Below are positions 58,095-64,000 of a DNA stretch of 64,000 nucleotides, piece after piece. The stretch is from an uncultured Verrucomicrobiae bacterium. GTDB lineage: Bacteria; Verrucomicrobiota; Verrucomicrobiia; Chthoniobacterales; Chthoniobacteraceae. The translations under genes were made by a program, and so were the position numbers. A model generated the notes under the pieces. That model made no database searches. It saw only the letters and a program-made list of their open reading frames with translations, and was not told the DNA's origin. The stretch is from contig CAWIKF010000002.1 of NCBI GenBank assembly GCA_963836755.1, positions 992,001-1,056,000 on the forward strand. Direction: 5' to 3'. The stretch's first letter is position 1. Each line of letters starts with the position of its first letter.

Positions 58095-58883
58095 TTAAAA
58101 ACACGACCGCACGACGCCGCCGTCCACGCGCAACGCCGCGCCATTCGTCGCCGACGAGCGCGTGCTGCAAACATAAACCACCAGATTCGCGACCTCCTCT
58201 GTCGCGGCAAAGCGCCGCAGCAGCGAAGTCGGGCGCGCGGTTTTGAAAAACTCCTCCTCGAATTCCGCAAACGGCTTTCCGCCGCTGAGCTGCTTTACGA
58301 ATTCACTCACCCCTTCCGACCGCGTCGGCCCCGGCAGCACCGCATTCACCGTCACGCCGGTGCCCGCGCACGTCTCGGCCAGGCCGCGCGACACGGCGAG
58401 CTGCGCGGTTTTCGTCATGCCGTAGTGGATCATCTCGGTCGGAATCTGCACGCCGCTTTCGCTGCTGATGAAAACGATGCGGCCCCAGTTTTTCGCCTTC
58501 ATCGCCGGCAGATACGCGCGGCTCAGCCGGACGCCGCTCAGCACATTCACGTCGAAAAATCGCTGCCAGTCCGCGTCCGGGATTTCCTCGAACGGCTTCG
58601 GCTCGAAAATGCCGAGGTTATTGACGAGGATGTCCACCGCCGGGAATTGCGCGACGAGTTTTTCCACAACGGCGGCGTCCGTGAGATCGCCCGCGAAACT
58701 TTCCAGCTTTGCCTCCGGCGCGCCGTCTCGGATTTTCGCGAGCGCCTCGTCCACCGATTTTTGCGAGCGTCCGTTGACGATCACGCGCGCACCTTCGCGC
58801 GCGAGGCCGGTGGCGATGGCGAGCCCGATCCCTTTGCTGGAACCGGAAACCAGCGCGAGCTTTTCAGTCAATTCGAAGTCCAT
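58095..58883 (-). CDS. SDR family oxidoreductase
   Basis: SGSSKGIG, NNLG, Y..TK, VNAVLPGPT, LRVDGG. Confidence 0.93.
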   Translation of the reverse strand: MDFELTEKLALVSGSSKGIGLAIATGLAREGARVIVNGRSQKSVDEALAKIRDGAPEAKLESFAGDLTDAAVVEKLVAQFPAVDILVNNLGIFEPKPFEEIPDADWQRFFDVNVLSGVRLSRAYLPAMKAKNWGRIVFISSESGVQIPTEMIHYGMTKTAQLAVSRGLAETCAGTGVTVNAVLPGPTRSEGVSEFVKQLSGGKPFAEFEEEFFKTARPTSLLRRFAATEEVANLVVYVCSTRSSATNGAALRVDGGVVRSCF

Positions 58884-58908
58884 GCGGCAAATCTTACATC
58901 TGCGGCCG

Positions 58909-58984
58909 GCTCGTCAATCGCGGCCGCTAATGCGCTGGATCGGCTCGACGATTTAGATGGCGTCAAAGTCGGCGCCTTTTGAGC
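58909..58984. repeat. Degenerate direct copy of the asd 3' end (matches 59427-59501)
   Basis: GCTCGTCAATCGCGGCCGCT..TGCGCT.GATC.GCTC..CGATTT.GA.GGCGT....GGCGCCTT.TGAGC is shared by both copies. Confidence 0.85.
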
Positions 58985-59068
58985 CAGCACCTTGGTCACA
59001 ATGGACGTTATCCTCGACAAATGCGCATTCTATGACGCATGGGGAGTCTCCTTCTTGTTAGGCATATC

Positions 59069-59413
59069 ATGACGTTCAGCGTGGTAATCCTTGCAGCTGT
59101 TCTGATCTGCATCGCGGTCGTGATGTTTCTCTTCGTGTCCGTTCATTGCGCGTTGAATCGCCTTTGTGTGCGGCACGGTCGCGCGTTCTGCAAACGAAAC
59201 GGCTTCGACGTTCGCCGCGTGCGGTGGCGGCCGGCTTTTAAGTCAAATGGCGTCAAAACCGAATCCACATTTGTGCAAGTAGATTGCATCGATTCGCACC
59301 AACAGCGTCGATTGCTTTCGCTTCTTGTGTGGCCTTTCGGTTTCCGCAAGCTCGTGAGTAACGAAGCTTTTCCCGAGGCATCCGATGAACAGTGGCCGCA
59401 ACAACGCGCGTAA
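59069..59413 (+). CDS. Hypothetical membrane-anchored protein with integron-cassette-like ends
   Basis: GTTAGGC lies just before the ATG; the stop codon is embedded in GCGTAAC. Confidence 0.6.
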   Translation: MTFSVVILAAVLICIAVVMFLFVSVHCALNRLCVRHGRAFCKRNGFDVRRVRWRPAFKSNGVKTESTFVQVDCIDSHQQRRLLSLLVWPFGFRKLVSNEAFPEASDEQWPQQRA

Positions 59414-59452
59414 CCGCGTCGCAGCCGCTCGTCAATCGCGGCCGCTGATGCG

Positions 59453-60451
59453 CTAGATCAGCTCCGCGATTTGGACGGCGTTGAGGGCGGCGCCTTTGAG
59501 CAATTGGTCGCCGGCGATCCAGAAGGCGAGGGCGTTGTCGAGCGCACAGTCGATGCGGATGCGGCCGATTTCGCAGTCGTCCTGCTCGGCGACGTTGAGC
59601 GGCTGGGGGTATTCGTTGTTCGCGGGATCGTCGACGAGTTTGACGCCAGGTGCCTGCGCGATGGCGGCGCGCGCTTTTTCCACGGAGACGGGGCGCTCGA
59701 ACTCGGCGTTCAGCGCGACGGAGTGCGCGCGGTAAACGGGGACGCGCACGCAGGTCACGCTCGCGCGGAAGTCGGGCAGATGCATGATGCGACGGCCTTC
59801 GTTTTGCATTTTCATCTCCTCGCGTGTGTAGCCGGTGTCGAGGAAGGAATCGACGTGCGGGAGAACGTTGAAGGCGATCTGGTGCGGGTAAACTTTTTTC
59901 GTAATTGCGCGCTGGCCGGCGATGTCATCGACCTGCTGGCGCAATTCCTCGATGGCCTGCGCGCCAGTGCCGGAAACGGCTTGATAACTGGCCGCGATCA
60001 CTCGTTTCACACCGAACGCCTGGTGCAGCGGCCACAATCCCATGAGCGTGATCGCGGTGGTGCAGTTCGGGTTGGCGATGATGCCGCGGTTGCGCGCGAT
60101 GTCGGCGGCGTTGATTTCCGGGATGACGAGCGGGACGGTTTCGTCGCCGCGGAACGCCGAGGAATTGTCCACGACGACTGCGCCGGCCTGCACGGCGAAT
60201 GGCGCATACTGTTTCGAGATGCCCGCGCCGGCGCTGAATAACGCAATGTCCACCCCCGCGAAGGAATCCTCGCGCAACTCGAGCACCGGGATTTGTTCGC
60301 CTTGAAATTCCATCGTTTTGCCGGCGGAACGCGCGGAGGCGAGCAGCGTGAGTTTGCCGACGGGGAAGCGCCGTCTCGTCAGCGTCTTCATCAGCTCGAC
60401 TCCGACGGCGCCGGTGGCTCCGACGATTGCGACATGCAGTTTGCGGCTCAT
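59453..60451 (-). CDS. asd: Aspartate-semialdehyde dehydrogenase
   Basis: GATGAVG, DNSSAFR, NPNCTT, YQAVSGTG, CVRVPV..AHS, LLKGAALNAVQIAE. Confidence 0.97.
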   Translation of the reverse strand: MSRKLHVAIVGATGAVGVELMKTLTRRRFPVGKLTLLASARSAGKTMEFQGEQIPVLELREDSFAGVDIALFSAGAGISKQYAPFAVQAGAVVVDNSSAFRGDETVPLVIPEINAADIARNRGIIANPNCTTAITLMGLWPLHQAFGVKRVIAASYQAVSGTGAQAIEELRQQVDDIAGQRAITKKVYPHQIAFNVLPHVDSFLDTGYTREEMKMQNEGRRIMHLPDFRASVTCVRVPVYRAHSVALNAEFERPVSVEKARAAIAQAPGVKLVDDPANNEYPQPLNVAEQDDCEIGRIRIDCALDNALAFWIAGDQLLKGAALNAVQIAELI

Positions 60452-60810
60452 AAAAAGGGACGAGATTCTATGCCGCGCGCGCCGATATGCAAGATGCGGG
60501 CGCTTACTCCGAGTCCCGCCGCTTGCGAATCGTCACCTGCCAGATCGTTGTCTTGCCGTCGTCGGAGCTGATTGGCTCAAACGTGAGATGCAGCGTGTAA
60601 TCGCCTGCGACTTCTTTTGGCTTGGCGTCAAACTAGATCGGGCCCGGATGCAAGTGCGACCCAAGGAATGGCGAAGAGTGATGCTTGAGAAGTGTATCGG
60701 GTGCTCATAGCGGATGTGTTGAGGATGTGAATTGTGGAAATGCGTAGCTGCGCCTACCACATAATTAGGCCGACTGGTGTTGGTCTAGTCTCAAAGTCTG
60801 TGTCGGCGTA

Positions 60811-60849
60811 AGGGGGAGCGGAGCGGTTCGCTGCAGCGCGTGGTCAGGC
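60811..60849 (-). mobile_element. Half attC-like site (R''/L'' portion) at the end of 60844..61152
   Basis: Minus strand GCCTGACCACGCGCTGCAGCGAACCGC overlaps the stop codon. Confidence 0.5.
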
Positions 60850-61152
60850 GTCCGTTGAATCGCGCTCCTTGAGATCGATGGAGATGCCTCCGAAGATCCG
60901 CGCGTAAAAGTTATAGACCCAGGCGATCAGGATACCTTCGACCACACCGGCAATGGTGTTGGCAATCGGATGGAGGAGCAAAAGTCCGTTCGAATATCCA
61001 CCAGTGAAGGTGAAGGAAAAAAAGCCGTTTAGCGACACGGTGCGACCGGGGCCCATCGTCGCATATGCAAAGATGACCACGGGGACCGAAATGAGGAACC
61101 CAATGAACCCAAGAAAAAGCCCCGAGTCTCCCGGTGAAATGCGTGTTTTCAT
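60844..61152 (-). CDS. Hypothetical membrane protein
   Basis: Two hydrophobic segments; C-terminal YN..A...GGI.I.L. Confidence 0.6.
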   Translation of the reverse strand: MKTRISPGDSGLFLGFIGFLISVPVVIFAYATMGPGRTVSLNGFFSFTFTGGYSNGLLLLHPIANTIAGVVEGILIAWVYNFYARIFGGISIDLKERDSTDA

Positions 61153-61297
61153 CGAAATGCGCCGCGACTCGCCTGATGGAAAGCCGATTCGCTCGAGGAT
61201 TTAAACCAGCGAGGCACGTGAATAGAGATCGATCATGCGGAGAAATGGGCGGCACGTTGTGTGCCGGGCGATTCCCGTTTCGCGCGAAATCCCTCCA

Positions 61298-61420
61298 TTC
61301 TGGGCAAGAAAAGATTTCGGAAGCCCTTCCGGAAATAATTCTCAGGAAGAAGAAGTTTCGGGAGCCGAGAACTGATTGATTCTCGGGAAGAAAAAGTTTC
61401 GGAAGCCGTGGATTGATTCC
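61298..61420. repeat. 41-bp tandem repeat, 3 degenerate copies
   Basis: TTTCGG anchors at 61315, 61356 and 61397; unit approximately TTCTCRGGAAGAARAAGTTTCGGRAGCCG..GATTGA. Confidence 0.75.
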
Positions 61421-61617
61421 GCCACCGTAGACTGGAATTACATTTCTGGCTCGTTGTCGCATGACAAACTGCAATGCGGTCAGATGTCATTGCTTGATCG
61501 TGGCTGGGGCGATAGTTTTTGATCGGACTTGCCGAAAACTTTGACGCCGATGAAAATCAAAACCATCCTCGCCGCCGTTCTGCTTGCGGCCGTTCCGCTT
61601 GGCGGTCTTGAGGCATC

Positions 61618-62007
61618 ATGAGCAGCCCGCGACTCACCTCCAGCGCCGCCGTTTTGCTCGTGAAGGATGTGCACGCGGCGGCGGTGCATTACCGCGACAA
61701 GCTCGGATTTGCCTACGATCAGTTTTACGGCGAGCAGCCGTCGTTTTGCATCCTGCGGCGCGACGGATGCCATCTCATGCTCAAGCAGGCCGACGATCCG
61801 AAGGATGTGGTGCCGCATTGGACGGTGTCGGACAAGCTGTGCAGTGTTTATTTTTGGGTGAAGGAGGCGGATGAACTTTGCCGCGAATTTGCGGAGCGCG
61901 GGGCGACGATCGACTACGGCCCGTGCGATCAGCCGTATGGCTGCCGCGAGTTTGGCATCCAGGATCTCGACGGCCACGACATCAGCTTCGGCCAGTTGGT
62001 GGATTGA
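61618..62007 (+). CDS. VOC/glyoxalase family protein
   Basis: V.DV.AA..HYRDKLGF...QPYGCREFGIQDLDGH.I.FG. Confidence 0.9.
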   Translation: MSSPRLTSSAAVLLVKDVHAAAVHYRDKLGFAYDQFYGEQPSFCILRRDGCHLMLKQADDPKDVVPHWTVSDKLCSVYFWVKEADELCREFAERGATIDYGPCDQPYGCREFGIQDLDGHDISFGQLVD

Positions 62008-62120
62008 CGGCGCGCGAGCTGCGCGAAATTCTTGGTGAGCGCACGGCGTAAAAGTTTTGGCGCACTTGCCTTTGCCACGCAAACGCGCAAGATGCGCTTT
62101 TCAAACGAACTCACAAAACC

Positions 62121-62735
62121 ATGCCACACGAACTACCTCCTCTGCCTTACGCGGCCAATGCGCTCGAGCCTCACATCGACGGTCGCACGATGGAATTCCA
62201 TCACGACAAGCATCACGCCGCCTACGTCAACAATCTCAACAACGCGCTCAAGGGGCACGCCGAACTGGAGTCAAAGTCCGCGATTGATTTGATCAAAGAT
62301 CTCAACGCAGTGCCGGAGGGCATCCGCACCGCCGTGCGCAACAACGGCGGCGGCCACGTCAATCACACCATGTTCTGGCAGATCATGGAGCCGGACGGCG
62401 GCGGCGAACCCCGCGGGAAACTTGCCGAGGAAATCGCGTCCGCGTTTGGAAGTTTCGAGGAATTTAAAACAAAGTTCGAGGATGCGGGTGTGAAACGGTT
62501 TGGCAGCGGCTGGGTCTGGCTGGTCAAAAAAACCGGCAAGCTCGAGATCATCTCCACGCCAAACCAGGACAACCCGATGATGGCCGAATACGGCGCGCAA
62601 CCGGTGCTCGGCAATGACGTGTGGGAGCACGCCTATTATTTGAATTACCAAAACCGCCGGCCGGATTATTTGAAGGCTTGGTGGAATACGATCAACTGGG
62701 ACGAGGTCGAGCGCCGCTTCGACGAAGCTTCCTAA
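62121..62735 (+). CDS. sodA: Superoxide dismutase (Mn/Fe family, likely Mn)
   Basis: [36 protein letters not shown]. Confidence 0.96.
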   Translation: MPHELPPLPYAANALEPHIDGRTMEFHHDKHHAAYVNNLNNALKGHAELESKSAIDLIKDLNAVPEGIRTAVRNNGGGHVNHTMFWQIMEPDGGGEPRGKLAEEIASAFGSFEEFKTKFEDAGVKRFGSGWVWLVKKTGKLEIISTPNQDNPMMAEYGAQPVLGNDVWEHAYYLNYQNRRPDYLKAWWNTINWDEVERRFDEAS

Positions 62736-62773
62736 AGGCGCGGCGGACTTTTACCCGCTGGCTCGGGATTAAA

Positions 62774-64000
62774 TCACGCCTGCGGGAGCGCGACGAAAAA
62801 CGTGCTGCCCGCGCCTTCGATCGATTCGACCCAAATCTTTCCGCCGTGCCGCTCGACCATTCGGCGGACGAGCGCGAGGCCGATCCCTTCGCCGGGCGCG
62901 GCTTTGCCGTGAAGGCGCTGAAAAACGACGAAAACTTTGGCGTGATACGCTTCGGGAATGCCGAGACCATTGTCCTCGACGAAATAAGTCTGCAAGCCGT
63001 CTCGCGGCGGTAGCGCGCCGATTTTCACGCGGCCGGGTCGCGTCGGATCAAGGTAGTTGAGCGCGTTGCCGATGAGGTTCGCGAAAATCTGCTCCACCGC
63101 CGTCGCGTCGCCAAAGGCCGGCGGAAGATCGTCGACGGTGACTTTTGCGTTGCGCTCGTTGGTCGTGCCGCGCATCGCCTCGAGCACGCGCTGGATGATC
63201 GCTTTGAGATCGAGTGGCTCGGTCCGATATTCGATGCGGCCGGCGCGTGAAAGCCGCAGCAGCGCATCGATGATGGACGCGAGTCGGGTGACGGCTGTTT
63301 CGATGAAGTAGACCGCTTGTTTGACATCGTTCGAGAGCACGTCCAGCCCGCGAGTGCGGCAGGCCGCAGGCATTTCCTCGGCGTCAAAAATCTGGCGCAG
63401 CTCTCCGCTGGCGGCCGTGAGCTCGCGGCTGAAGCCCTGCAAGTTCACCAGCGGCGAGCGCAGATCGTGCGAGACGCTGTAAACAAACATTTCGTTTTCC
63501 TCGCTCTTTTGCTTGAGCTCGAGGTTCGTCGCGGCGAGCTCCTCCGCGCGCTTCTCGAGCGCGACGCGATGCTCGCTTTCCTTCACGCGCGCCTCGGCGA
63601 GATTGGCCGACATTTCATGAAAAGTGCGGTCGAGCCGCGCGATCTCATCGTCGCCGGAGAGCGGCTTCGCGAGTGATTCGCCACCGCTCAGGCGGCGGAC
63701 ATTTTCGTTCAAAATGGCGAGCCGTCCGATGATGCCGCGGCTGAAAAATGCCGCCGCGAGCGTGGAGACGAGCACCATCAAAATCGCGCCGCCGCTGAGC
63801 AAAAGATTTTCGTCCACGTCGCGTTGATGCACCTGGTCGACGCGCTTTTTGTCGAGCGCCGCTTCCTCGTCGAGAAAGCGGTCGAGGTTCTTGCGAATGA
63901 CGCCGATCTGTTCCTTGCCCGCCAAAGTTTGCACGCGCGCGCGAGCCGCCGAGAGGTCATGCGCGTCGACCATTTCATTCGTCACGCGCAGCCGCGCGAT
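62774..64000 (-). CDS. Sensor histidine kinase (CHASE3-like/HAMP/HisKA/HATPase); 5' end outside the window
   Basis: DEIARL HAMP, SHDLRSPL, NLIGNALNY, DNGLGI, GIGLA, GSTF. Confidence 0.93.
   Translation of the reverse strand: MARLRVTNEMVDAHDLSAARARVQTLAGKEQIGVIRKNLDRFLDEEAALDKKRVDQVHQRDVDENLLLSGGAILMVLVSTLAAAFFSRGIIGRLAILNENVRRLSGGESLAKPLSGDDEIARLDRTFHEMSANLAEARVKESEHRVALEKRAEELAATNLELKQKSEENEMFVYSVSHDLRSPLVNLQGFSRELTAASGELRQIFDAEEMPAACRTRGLDVLSNDVKQAVYFIETAVTRLASIIDALLRLSRAGRIEYRTEPLDLKAIIQRVLEAMRGTTNERNAKVTVDDLPPAFGDATAVEQIFANLIGNALNYLDPTRPGRVKIGALPPRDGLQTYFVEDNGLGIPEAYHAKVFVVFQRLHGKAAPGEGIGLALVRRMVERHGGKIWVESIEGAGSTFFVALPQA

Overview
GC-rich bacterial chromosomal segment, most likely from Verrucomicrobiota (Chthoniobacterales/Spartobacteria-like). 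That placement is an inference from a Zn-finger Ser/Thr kinase paired with an ECF sigma factor, PEP-CTERM and GloVer-repeat remnants, and an A2-type heme-copper oxidase. Most of the window is housekeeping: fabF-like KS, glgP, tamB/tamA, sufE, moxR, hisI-trpE-trpG, thiD, purD, ispG-rseP-dxr-cdsA, mtnP, yggS, ctaDEF, manA, ftsK-rodZ-rimO, asd, sodA. The most unusual signal is four unrelated tandem arrays with a 21-bp period and internal dyad symmetry, at about 15.3, 29.4, 36.8 and 53.9 kb. Two abut small orphan helical-protein genes, suggesting a gene + array module, and one sits in frame inside ispG. Other notable items: a 122-bp palindromic REP-like element in frame in ispG; a putative His/Trp leader-peptide attenuator ahead of hisI-trpEG; integron-cassette-like remnants and a duplicated asd 3' end; an S41 homolog lacking its catalytic residues; a cox operon lacking subunit II; and four same-direction (+1/-2) frameshifts that may be assembly artefacts. 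All family calls are from motif recognition only; no database searches were run.
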